NCBI GenBank assembly: GCA_965228855.1 | Contig: CBDDIJ010000002.1 | Location: 128,001 to 192,000, forward strand | Length of the DNA: 64,000 bases | Reading direction: 5' to 3' | Source: Candidatus Obscuribacterales bacterium | Lineage (GTDB): Bacteria; Cyanobacteriota; Vampirovibrionia; Obscuribacterales; Obscuribacteraceae | Shown here: positions 10,170 to 19,098 of the stretch, in pieces | Position numbering within the stretch: position 1 is the first letter of the stretch | Layout: the number at the start of each line of letters is the position of its first letter | The notes under the pieces: model-generated | What the model saw: only the letters and a program-made list of their open reading frames with translations | Told to the model about the DNA's origin: nothing | Database searches by the model: none | Position numbers and translations under genes: made by a program

Positions 10170-11081
10170 ATGGCAAATCTCGAGAACCAAACCAAAAGCA
10201 ATGATCGCGTTTCCGAAGGCAATCAATTAAACGACATCCCAGCCGCGCGAACCGAAGCTTACAACTCCTTTCAATACAGCCAGAACAGCGACTCTACGAG
10301 AGCGGCCACGGAGAAGCAGGTAGCTCTGGGAAATTTGCCTTCGTTCAGCATTGACACCGGCATTGGTGGCACAGCCGACAATGCACGCGGTGGCGCCGAT
10401 GGTGCCAATCGTTTTCAAGCGTTAAGCGATACTGGTTTCGGACAAAATGAGCCGGGCGGTGACGCAACCTTCCAGCTTGCCGCAGCAGGCTCACGAACCG
10501 AGACGAGAGAGGCGAGAACGTCACGCGGAGACCGCCACCGACACGACCACGGCGAGCCCGACGGTCGTCCGCCGGTAGACGCGCGCGCTTCTGAGAGGTT
10601 TAAATCGGAACACGACAGAACCGTCCAGTCCGTCAGAGACCAGATGCCGGAAAGCGTTCGCGACACTTTGAAAGACATCAAAACAACTCCAGTACGTTCG
10701 ATACTGCACGGCGAGGCTGGCGGCGTCTATGATCCAGACTCGAAAGAACTGCTGCTTGCAGAAAAACGCCCGGGCAATGTCAGCCTGGAAAGCGTCGTGA
10801 AACATGAGTTCGGGCACGCCTACGACTTCAACCAGAAAGACGGCAAGCCATTGTCGGAAGACAAGGAGTTTCGCAAAATGGTCGACGATTACACTAAAAA
10901 GCACCCGGACCTTCGTATGCAGAAAACGGCTCAGGGCGACAATTACTATGGTGAGGTCTTCGCCGACCTGTTCGCTGCCAACCTCAACGCGCCCGGCAAG
11001 GACCTCGCCGCACCGCATGTCGACAGACAAATGCCGGCTGCCAAAGAATGGGTCCGCAGAAAAATGATGCGAAGCAATTAG
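10170..11081 (+). CDS. Zinc metallopeptidase-like protein (HExxH) with disordered N-terminus
   Basis: KHEFGHAYD plus downstream EVFADLF; GGAG RBS before ATG 10170. Confidence 0.75.
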   Translation: MANLENQTKSNDRVSEGNQLNDIPAARTEAYNSFQYSQNSDSTRAATEKQVALGNLPSFSIDTGIGGTADNARGGADGANRFQALSDTGFGQNEPGGDATFQLAAAGSRTETREARTSRGDRHRHDHGEPDGRPPVDARASERFKSEHDRTVQSVRDQMPESVRDTLKDIKTTPVRSILHGEAGGVYDPDSKELLLAEKRPGNVSLESVVKHEFGHAYDFNQKDGKPLSEDKEFRKMVDDYTKKHPDLRMQKTAQGDNYYGEVFADLFAANLNAPGKDLAAPHVDRQMPAAKEWVRRKMMRSN

Positions 11082-11099
11082 TCAAATCCCCTCAATCCA

Positions 11100-11156
11100 C
11101 CTGCCAACGGTCAGCTTTCCGCCTTTAAAGGCTCGCGAAAGCTGCCCGTTGACAGA
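11100..11156. repeat. Degenerate copy of the 56-bp core, or a terminator hairpin
   Basis: CTGCCAACGG..AGCTTTC / GAAAGCT..CCGTTGACAG. Confidence 0.45.
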
Positions 11157-11187
11157 GCGCAATAACATCTGCTAAGTTGATGTTATT

Positions 11188-11213
11188 GTCATATTACGAT
11201 TTCTGCATATGTT
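11188..11213. promoter_or_regulatory. Putative ArsR/SmtB operator upstream of sulP
   Basis: GTCATATTACGATTTCTGCATATGTT, 16/26 identical to the perfect palindrome at 13757. Confidence 0.5.
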
Positions 11214-11416
11214 TAATCTTTCGGCCGACCACACTCGGCATCGTTGATGCTAGAAGCTAAACAGCCAACCTGCAACCCCCCAGGGTGGTCAATTCAGCTT
11301 CGCTCGCCGAAATTAACAAACCGGCAAAAAAATCATCAGTACGCTTTTGAAAATTCCCTTTCAAAAGCATCGTTGCATAAAACCTTCGCGATCAATCGTA
11401 TACATCGGAGTCATCA

Positions 11417-12991
11417 ATGACTACTTCAGCGCTCGACCCTTCAACTGCCACGGAGAAAACCGACCGAAAGAAACAACTCACCACTGAGCTTTGCGCTGCG
11501 ATTGTCCTCCTCTGTATCGCATTGCCGCTCAACGTCGGCGTCGCCATCGCATCCGGCGTCCCAGCTGAATTCGGCATCATATCCGGTGCCATCGCATCGC
11601 TAGTCACCGGCTTCGTCACCGGCTCGTCGGCTCTAGTATCCGGACCTGATGCTGGTATCGGCGTTCTGGTATTCGACCTTGTTCAGCAATATGGTTTAAA
11701 AAATCTCGGAGTGATCGTTGTCGTCACTGGACTGATACAGCTAGCTATCGGTTTGACACGGTCCGCCAAGTGGTTCCGAGCGGTATCACCCGCGGTGGTC
11801 AACGGTATGCTCGCAGGCATGGGACTGATCATCATCTTTACTCAGTTCCATATAATGCTGGACGACAAGCCGAAAAGCACCGGCTTGATGAACATGCTTC
11901 TCATGCCCGAAGCACTACTGAAAGGGATCACTCCAAATGAGAGCACGTCGCACCAGGAAGCAGCGATTCTTGCGCTGGCGACGATCGCCGTAGCCGTCGC
12001 ATGGACTCGCTGGGCACCGGCAAAGCTCAAAATTGTTCCGAACGCTCTGGTAGGAATCGCCACAGTCACGCTAGCCGCCATGTTCTTCGACATGCCCGTG
12101 AAATATGTCACCATCCCGGCTTCACTGACTCAAAACATCTCCCTTGTTTCAATCGATTCAGTCATCGCGGCATTTCAAAATCCCGAGATGCTCGGGGCGG
12201 CTGGAATGTTGGCATTCATTTGCAGTGCGCAATCACTGATCACGCTGAGCGCGGTCGATGACACGGCATTGCGACGTGGCGGTTTGTATGATCGAGAGCT
12301 GATCGCGCAGGGCGTCGGTAATATCGCATGTGGTGCCATCGGTGCGCTGCCGATCGTCGGCGTTCTCTTGCGCAGCATGGCGAACAAACAGAATGGTGCC
12401 GTCACACGCATCCCTAACGTGCTTCACGGCATCTTGATGATTTCAACTATCATTTGCCTCCCCTGGCTTCTCACCTCGATTCCAACGAGTGTGCTCGCCG
12501 CCATCCTGGTTTTAACCGGGACGAGAATGGTGCTCGGAATTTGGAAGTCGGTGAAAACATACGAGAAGCGCGAGCTGCAGATACTTGCCCTGACAGCGGT
12601 TGCGATTATTTCAACCAATCTATTTACCGGCGTGCTGATCGGTTTCGTCGCTGCACTGTTAAAACAACTCTATACACTTTCACACCTGGATATGCGTTTG
12701 GAAACACAGCGCAACAGCAATATCGCGATCCTTCACATGCGCGGTGCCGCTACGTTTCTGCAACTTCCTCGCATAGAAAGCATGCTCGCTCAAATTCCGG
12801 ATCACACCGAACTCCATGTCAGACTCGATGAGATTCGATATATAGATCATGCATGTCTTCTAAACCTCGTTCAATGGGAACGCCATCACAGAGGGCGCCT
12901 CGTGATTGACTGGAGTCGAAGCGGTATGCAATTTCGCAGATATCCGATGCGCACCAGTCAGCTCGAAGCAGATCTCGCCAATCAAAACTAA
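11417..12991 (+). CDS. SulP/SLC26 family anion (bicarbonate/sulfate) transporter with STAS domain
   Basis: ALPLNVGVAIASG, VSGP, RELIAQGVGN motifs; C-terminal YIDHACL STAS-like segment. Confidence 0.92.
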   Translation: MTTSALDPSTATEKTDRKKQLTTELCAAIVLLCIALPLNVGVAIASGVPAEFGIISGAIASLVTGFVTGSSALVSGPDAGIGVLVFDLVQQYGLKNLGVIVVVTGLIQLAIGLTRSAKWFRAVSPAVVNGMLAGMGLIIIFTQFHIMLDDKPKSTGLMNMLLMPEALLKGITPNESTSHQEAAILALATIAVAVAWTRWAPAKLKIVPNALVGIATVTLAAMFFDMPVKYVTIPASLTQNISLVSIDSVIAAFQNPEMLGAAGMLAFICSAQSLITLSAVDDTALRRGGLYDRELIAQGVGNIACGAIGALPIVGVLLRSMANKQNGAVTRIPNVLHGILMISTIICLPWLLTSIPTSVLAAILVLTGTRMVLGIWKSVKTYEKRELQILALTAVAIISTNLFTGVLIGFVAALLKQLYTLSHLDMRLETQRNSNIAILHMRGAATFLQLPRIESMLAQIPDHTELHVRLDEIRYIDHACLLNLVQWERHHRGRLVIDWSRSGMQFRRYPMRTSQLEADLANQN

Positions 12992-13093
12992 CTCGCAAGA
13001 CATCGATGGTCAGCGCCATCTAGCGCGAACAAACTCCGTCGAACTCACTTGATAATCAAACTCAGTCTATTGTTTCGGTAATTACATGTTAGG

Positions 13094-13519
13094 ATGAAGC
13101 GGTCAATGGTAATTTGTCTATTCGAAAAAATGGATCGAAAAGTCGTTTCGGAAGAACTTTCGCGCTTCTTTGGAGTGCTGGCTCACCCATTGCGCGTCTT
13201 GATTGTGGAAGAATTGCGAAACGGCGAATTGACGGTCACCGACCTCAAGGATGCCCTTAAGGTGCCCCAAGCCTCAGTCTCACAGCATCTGGGTATTTTG
13301 CGCGCCAACAGAATCGTGTTGGAGCGCAGAGATGGACGCCACGTTTACTATCATTTGCGCCAGCAAGACCTGGCAGAACTCGTTGTCGAATGCATCAAAT
13401 TTGTATTGCCGGACGACAAAGAGTCAAAACGCATTATGTCGGCACTGGATCTGGCGAAATCCACCTGGTCTCAAGAGAAGACGCAGGTCAAATCGATCAA
13501 GCGCAAGACATCGCGCTAG
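13094..13519 (+). CDS. ArsR/SmtB family transcriptional regulator (start may be ATG 13130)
   Basis: LAHPLR...ASVSQHLGILR...RDGRHVYYHL. Confidence 0.92.
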   Translation: MKRSMVICLFEKMDRKVVSEELSRFFGVLAHPLRVLIVEELRNGELTVTDLKDALKVPQASVSQHLGILRANRIVLERRDGRHVYYHLRQQDLAELVVECIKFVLPDDKESKRIMSALDLAKSTWSQEKTQVKSIKRKTSR

Positions 13520-13756
13520 TGCGCTATTACTAAACAACGATAGAACATCGTGCCAATTACACGTCGACTGAACAACTCGCAACCACCGCACCGATTTCGT
13601 CAGGACTGAGCCGAGTCGCACCGGTTTGTTGTGTTTACGCTAAGTTTAAACACAACCACCGGCTCCGCCCTCAATAGCCGCGACTTCCACCAACCTTGCG
13701 GTTTTCGGACCTCTAATCTTGACACCTTCCCCTCCTGATGATAAAGTATTTATATC

Positions 13757-13782
13757 GACATATTGCAACATTGCAATATGTC
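13757..13782. promoter_or_regulatory. Perfect 12-2-12 inverted repeat, ArsR/SmtB-type operator
   Basis: GACATATTGCAA-CA-TTGCAATATGTC upstream of the USP gene. Confidence 0.75.
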
Positions 13783-13855
13783 AACTTGTCCGACTGGGTG
13801 ATTTACTAAACACGCACTCCACACGGCGCGGTGCAACCGCCAACGGTGCGGGAGA

Positions 13856-14416
13856 GTGACGATGCTATTCAATAAAAGAAACCGAGACAACACCAATAGC
13901 GATACCGCACATCCATCCGGAAAAGGTGTCGATAAGTATGGTTTGCGCATCGTCGTGCCAATTCAGGACGAAGAGCAAGGTCGGCTTGCCGTCAACGTTT
14001 TGAAAGGCAGCAATCATTCAAGATTTTCAGTCATCCGACTTTTTCACTGCGTTCCCAATCTCCATTTCACTAACAGCTGGATCAATCCTATGGAAGTGAT
14101 TCAGATGCACGACAGCCAGGTCGCGGATCAGGAGAAAGCTCGCAATCAGCTTAAGGAGCTCGCTAGGGAGCTGGCGGCGGCCCTACCGGGAGTACGAATC
14201 ACGTTTAACTCGGTAGTCCATGAATCGGTCGCCGATGCGATCGCAGACGAAGCGAATAATCTAGACGCCAATATGATTCTTATGGTCAACGATCCGAAGC
14301 GCAAGAAGCATTGGCTATTTCCTGGCGTGAGCAACCGCATTCTTCGGACCGCAAAGTGCCCGGTTCAAATCATCAAACCCGCAGATCATCACGACGGCAT
14401 GGTTTTCGTTGCATGA
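13856..14416 (+). CDS. Universal stress protein (UspA family)
   Basis: IVVPI...ADAIADEA...ILM...GVSNRILRTAKCPVQII. Confidence 0.85.
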   Translation: MTMLFNKRNRDNTNSDTAHPSGKGVDKYGLRIVVPIQDEEQGRLAVNVLKGSNHSRFSVIRLFHCVPNLHFTNSWINPMEVIQMHDSQVADQEKARNQLKELARELAAALPGVRITFNSVVHESVADAIADEANNLDANMILMVNDPKRKKHWLFPGVSNRILRTAKCPVQIIKPADHHDGMVFVA

Positions 14417-14802
14417 GTCGACTCAAAAAGTGCCTACTGCTGCTGTTGTTCCTCGTTATCGGTTTAACCGGTCTCGATTTCAACATCGCTCTGGCAAACA
14501 CGAGTGGACATCAGTCCAATATGGCCTTCGAAGCGCAGCCACTGGAGCCGGAAGAGCTGGACTGTCCTGAAGGTCCTCGCCATCGCCACCACACAAAACT
14601 GGTGATTGCCAGTACAGTTCATATCTCGCATTCGTCCAGTTCATGCGCCCCTTCATCAGCGCCGCCCCTTTCTATAATTGCGTACGCCGGTCAGTGTCCC
14701 ACGCAAGCATTGCTTGAATCATGGCGCGACAAGCGCGAAGAACACTTCAGTGCACTAAAATCCGAGCCCCTCTGGCTGAGGTACAACGTCCTTCTGATTT
14801 GA
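14413..14802 (+). CDS. Small exported His/Cys-containing protein
   Basis: ATGA overlap with the USP stop; signal peptide MSRLKKCLLLLLFLVIG; HRHH; C-terminus PLWLRYNVLLI. Confidence 0.6.
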   Translation: MSRLKKCLLLLLFLVIGLTGLDFNIALANTSGHQSNMAFEAQPLEPEELDCPEGPRHRHHTKLVIASTVHISHSSSSCAPSSAPPLSIIAYAGQCPTQALLESWRDKREEHFSALKSEPLWLRYNVLLI

Positions 14803-14913
14803 ACGAAACATCGGCTGCAAGCGGTTTTTAAACAGAAACCGCTATTCCGTTTCGTTTAGAGTCTGACGGCAAAGCTTTATGTTTTGCCGGAAGCATAGCA
14901 GAGGGATGTTTTT

Positions 14914-15552
14914 ATGTGCCAAAGTCAAACCACGAAGTCGCAAGACTTCCAGCGTACCTACTCGCTTTCTGTTCCGACCCATCGGCTCTCTGAGGTTCGC
15001 ACAGTCGTGATCGCCTGCTCCGAAATTGGTGCTTTGCCTCGTTTACGCGAACTAGACATGCTCGAACCTGTCGCGTATCTGACGATGCCCGGCGGCACTC
15101 TGCAGCTCGCCTATGAACAGGAGCCGGATGAAGACGTCGTCCGCTTTTTAGAGTCCCTTTTGATGAGCGCGAGTCAAGCCGAGTTCATCGTCACATGCCT
15201 GCACACCAAGTGCGCTCATTTCCTGGATGGAAAGGCGTCTCCGCATCTAGCGCTCGTTGGCGCCGAATCTGAAGATGAACATAACTCTCACAAGTCGACG
15301 AAACAGCCGAGTGACGAAGAGTCGGATCTGAATCTTTCGGCAGCTGCCGAGCCCATGCCGCAGCAGGAGATGGTTAAGAGTCAGCTTCTCGGTTTGAGGA
15401 GGCTTCTCAAGGCGAGCAAACCGCTCGCCTCACGAAAACTGACCGTGAGCGGTTGGTTGTACGAAACAGAAATCGATTGGATTTCCTTCTACGACAACGA
15501 AACCGACCTGTTTCTCCCACTCAGCGCCAAAGTCGAACTCTATTGCGAGTAG
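14914..15552 (+). CDS. Divergent beta-carbonic anhydrase-like protein
   Basis: IACSE (cf. CSDSR), HTKC (HxxC), VSGWLYETE (cf. VHGWVYDI). Confidence 0.7.
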   Translation: MCQSQTTKSQDFQRTYSLSVPTHRLSEVRTVVIACSEIGALPRLRELDMLEPVAYLTMPGGTLQLAYEQEPDEDVVRFLESLLMSASQAEFIVTCLHTKCAHFLDGKASPHLALVGAESEDEHNSHKSTKQPSDEESDLNLSAAAEPMPQQEMVKSQLLGLRRLLKASKPLASRKLTVSGWLYETEIDWISFYDNETDLFLPLSAKVELYCE

Positions 15553-15805
15553 CATCAGGCAGGAAAGTTTCTACATAGGTAGCGTTATAGTCCGAGTTCA
15601 CCTTAAGCACGTTTCAACTGAAAAGGTGGTGCGGTTTTTGACTTGTGTTTTGCAAACGCCAACTCTGTTTATGTTTCGAGATTCAATTCAAGATAATTGC
15701 GATAACCTAATGATTCTCAAGAGGCCTTAAGAAATCGTAGTACAAATTGAGTGTTGGATATACAACGGGCACCACTTAATTCTGCAAACATAAGGAGTAC
15801 CGGAG

Positions 15806-16939
15806 ATGACGGGAATCTTCTACGACCTGAATAGCTATGGTCACGAACAAGTTTCGTTCTTTCACGACAGAGAAACCGGATTGAAAGCCATCATCGGCAT
15901 TCACAGCACTGTTCTCGGACCATCGCTTGGTGGCTGCAGAATGTGGAAGTACAACGACGAACAAGAAGCGCTTCGCGATGTACTTAGATTGTCACGCGGA
16001 ATGACCTACAAAGCCGCGCTAGCAGGGCTCAACCTCGGCGGCGGAAAGGCAGTCATCATCGGCGATTCCCGTCAAGACAAAACCGATGAGATGCTCAAAG
16101 TGTTTGGTCGCGCTGTCGACTCACTCGGTGGACGCTACATCACCGCGGAAGACGTCGGCATGACAGTCAAAGATATCGACACCATCAGAACAGTAACCAG
16201 CCACGCAGTCGGCGGCAGCAACGAAGGTGGCTCCGGCGATCCGTCAGTGATGACCGCATTCGGCGTATTCCAGGGCATGAAGGCAGCTCTCAAGGCAGCA
16301 GGCATGGGCGAGTCGCTCGAAGGTCTCCGCGTCGCAATCCAGGGCGTAGGCAACGTCGGCTACCACCTCTGCAGCTACCTCTCAGCAGCAGGCGCAGAGC
16401 TGGTCATCACCGACATCTATCCGAATCAGGTCGAAAAGGTCGTCCAGGAATTCGGCGCGGACGTCGTATCGCCTGACCAGATCTACTCTACGAACTGCGA
16501 CATCTTCGCTCCTTGCGCATTAGGTGCAATTCTGAACGCTCGCACCATTCCGCAATTGAAGTGCAAAGTTGTTGCCGGTTCCGCCAACAACCAGCTGGAA
16601 ACCGAGAAAGACGGTTTCGAACTCTTCAATCGTGGTATCACATACGCACCGGACTATGCTATCAACTCAGGCGGTCTGGTCAACGTCGCAGCCGAGCTCG
16701 AGGGCTACGACCAGAAGAAGGTGATGGACAAAGTCGCCACCGTATACAACACCATTGCTGAAGTTCTCGACAAGAGCAAGCGCGAAGACATCCCGCCGCA
16801 TGAAGCGGCAGATGCTCTGGCTGAGCAACGTCTCGACGAGGCTCGAAAAACGAACCGCCGCAAAAGCAACACCGAATTGAGAAGTGAGTATCTCACCAAG
16901 CTCAACAAATCGATCGAGCTGACCGGGGCGTCCAACTAA
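15806..16939 (+). CDS. ldh: Leucine dehydrogenase (Glu/Leu/Phe/Val dehydrogenase family)
   Basis: LGPSLGGCRM, GMTYK, GGGKAVI, ITAEDVG, QGVGNVG, GSANNQL. Confidence 0.93.
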   Translation: MTGIFYDLNSYGHEQVSFFHDRETGLKAIIGIHSTVLGPSLGGCRMWKYNDEQEALRDVLRLSRGMTYKAALAGLNLGGGKAVIIGDSRQDKTDEMLKVFGRAVDSLGGRYITAEDVGMTVKDIDTIRTVTSHAVGGSNEGGSGDPSVMTAFGVFQGMKAALKAAGMGESLEGLRVAIQGVGNVGYHLCSYLSAAGAELVITDIYPNQVEKVVQEFGADVVSPDQIYSTNCDIFAPCALGAILNARTIPQLKCKVVAGSANNQLETEKDGFELFNRGITYAPDYAINSGGLVNVAAELEGYDQKKVMDKVATVYNTIAEVLDKSKREDIPPHEAADALAEQRLDEARKTNRRKSNTELRSEYLTKLNKSIELTGASN

Positions 16940-16940
16940 C

Positions 16941-17282
16941 ATGAGTTTCAACACTCTTGAAGGTGGTCTGGTTTGCCCTCACTGCAAGGCAGATATCATC
17001 TCGGGAGTTGGATTCAGACTAGGAAGTATTGCGAGTCTCCGATATAAGGTCGGGGACTCGCTTTCTTGGGAGGGCGACTATTGCCGCCCGAAAACCCGAC
17101 CCACCGCCATAGTTATCAAAACGGTCGGCTACTTCAACTGCGACAACATCAAATGCAAATCCTGGCAGGACTGCTATCCGGATGTGCAGCTCGGCTTGAT
17201 CACCGTTGAAGACAACGTGATCACCAAAGTGGAACCATACACCGGTCCCGAGCCCGAAACCGAATTCGCGATTATCGACTAA
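16941..17282 (+). CDS. Hypothetical Zn-ribbon protein
   Basis: CPHC and CDNIKC cysteine pairs; starts 1 bp after ldh. Confidence 0.7.
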   Translation: MSFNTLEGGLVCPHCKADIISGVGFRLGSIASLRYKVGDSLSWEGDYCRPKTRPTAIVIKTVGYFNCDNIKCKSWQDCYPDVQLGLITVEDNVITKVEPYTGPEPETEFAIID

Positions 17283-17292
17283 CGAAAAATGT

Positions 17293-17504
17293 CTACTAGC
17301 TCATTCAGGGAAATGCCTACTAACTCATTCAGTATCACTTTTCTGCGCCAGTATGCGTTTTCAAGCTTCAAAATCCTACTAGCTCATTCAGTATCATTTT
17401 TCAGCGCCAGTAAGCATTTCGGGCTTTCGAGCCCCTACCAAGAGAGGGCTTGTCTACGACCGATAGACGGATTTCGGAAAAAGCGTCAATCAGTCGTAGA
17501 CAAC
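17293..17504. repeat. Dispersed element with triplicated outer box
   Basis: CTACTARCTCATTCAG at 17293, 17317 and 17376; core 17449-17504. Confidence 0.85.
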
Positions 17505-17597
17505 CGGTGGAAACCTGACCAAGTTTCTTCTACGATTCGTCGCCATGAGCCTATCTAAGAAATCAGTGGCAGCCATCCGGGCTGCGCGTTGTCTCCC

Positions 17598-17865
17598 GCG
17601 CAGGTCGCTGCAATCTTGATTGCAGGTTTCCAAAGAAAAGCTGCAAACTAATTTGCAGCTCCCTGAATTTCGACTCGAACGTCAACGACTTGGTGCTTCG
17701 CGCAGGTCGCTGCAATCTTGATTGCAGGTTTCCAAAGAAAAGCTGCAAACTAATTTGCAACTGCCTGAATTTCGACTCGAACGTCAACGACTTGGTGCTT
17801 CGCGCAAGTCGCTGCAATCTTGATTGCAGGTTTCCAAAGAAAAGCTGCAAACTAATTTGCAGCTG
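17598..17865. repeat. 102-bp tandem repeat (about 2.6 copies) of twin CTGCAA-N6-TTGCAG palindromes
   Basis: Units begin at 17608, 17710 and 17812. Confidence 0.93.
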
Positions 17866-17875
17866 CAACTTCCTT

Positions 17876-18442
17876 TTACTTCTTATGACCACCCTTGCCG
17901 CTCCAGTGAATTTCCCAATTCGACCGTGGTATCGAAATCGGAAATCGTTGATTACGCATCGACAAAACCATCTTCTGGCCGCTCTCGAATGCCTTGGTTC
18001 GCCTCCCATTTTTCACGTACGTTTTGGCAAAGACATTCAATTCATCGGGGCGCCGAACTTGAAACTCCACACCGCGCCAGACCGAATAGTCCATCAAAAG
18101 ACTCACGTGACGAACAATCATATCGCCAGACGTCAGGTTCAGCCCTCTTAGCCCCTCCGGAACGTCCGCGAGCTGCTCTACGGAAACCGTCCCCTCACAA
18201 TCAGGCGCGATCAGCCGAACAAGAAGATAAGGGCAGTTCGGATCTCCTTCCTTGTAAACGCACGTGATTCGTTTCACATACGCTCCCGTTTCAGATCGAT
18301 CCAGGTAGGACTGAAGTTCCTCAAGTTTCATCGGCCGCTGCGGTAGGTTTTCCTCCGCAGAAAAACCGAACAAGAGACCGCCGAACACGGCGATGCCTGC
18401 CGACGCACAGGCGAATATCAAAAGCTGCTTACCTTTTCTCAT
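17876..18442 (-). CDS. Membrane-anchored hypothetical protein (paralog family 1)
   Basis: TM helix followed by MKLEELQSYL..VKRITC..LLVRLIAP. Confidence 0.7.
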   Translation of the reverse strand: MRKGKQLLIFACASAGIAVFGGLLFGFSAEENLPQRPMKLEELQSYLDRSETGAYVKRITCVYKEGDPNCPYLLVRLIAPDCEGTVSVEQLADVPEGLRGLNLTSGDMIVRHVSLLMDYSVWRGVEFQVRRPDELNVFAKTYVKNGRRTKAFESGQKMVLSMRNQRFPISIPRSNWEIHWSGKGGHKK

Positions 18443-18993
18443 TACGGCTTAGCCTTGAGCCAGGTAGTGACGTAGCCCGGATCATTAATCAGGCAAAGCG
18501 GTACATGCTCAGGATAAGGACCTAAAGCCTTACCATCTTTAATTACATCCTCAGTCCACTTTGAGCGGTGAAACGATACCTCAAAATGAATATTCTCGCG
18601 GAAGTCCACTCTTACCGAATCACATCGTCGAAAAACCCACTCAATTCTAGGATTCACGGGAAAGTCCGCTCGTACCAGACTACACGAAGAGCCAGGGGAC
18701 AGGGCAAACGGCAACTGGTCGGCACCAACCTTAACCACGCGTTCCGGCTCCACCAGCTCCACAACTAAGCTTGGGTAGTCCTTACTTGGATAATTAGAAC
18801 TGTTGCAAGTTACTCGCTTGACCCGTCGCTTAGCGACATCATCCTTTTCAAGAATCGCCTTGATGAGCTCCTGCCACTCGAGTCGAGGCATAAAGAAGTC
18901 TGGCGATGCGCTTAAACCGAAAGCAAACCCCCCGCCCGCCGAAAGCAGTGCGACCCAGCACACGCCACTGAAATATGTTTTTCGGCTCAACAT
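18442..18993 (-). CDS. Membrane-anchored hypothetical protein (paralog family 1)
   Basis: TM helix followed by LEWQELIKAI..VKRVTC..LVVELVEP; TAATG overlap with the next gene. Confidence 0.7.
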   Translation of the reverse strand: MLSRKTYFSGVCWVALLSAGGGFAFGLSASPDFFMPRLEWQELIKAILEKDDVAKRRVKRVTCNSSNYPSKDYPSLVVELVEPERVVKVGADQLPFALSPGSSCSLVRADFPVNPRIEWVFRRCDSVRVDFRENIHFEVSFHRSKWTEDVIKDGKALGPYPEHVPLCLINDPGYVTTWLKAKP

Positions 18994-19098
18994 AATTCCA
19001 CTCTACCGCGCATCGAATTCCAACGCGAATTAATCTAAATCGGTTGAACTTTTTGGTCGCTCAAAACGTATTACATTTTAGAACCCGCTGGAGGATAC

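Noticed and set aside
17598..17865. CRISPR array, or coding repeat (ORFs 17563-18009 and 17690-18151)
   Set aside because: Whole 102-bp units are identical, including the spacers. The ORFs are by-products of a unit length divisible by 3.
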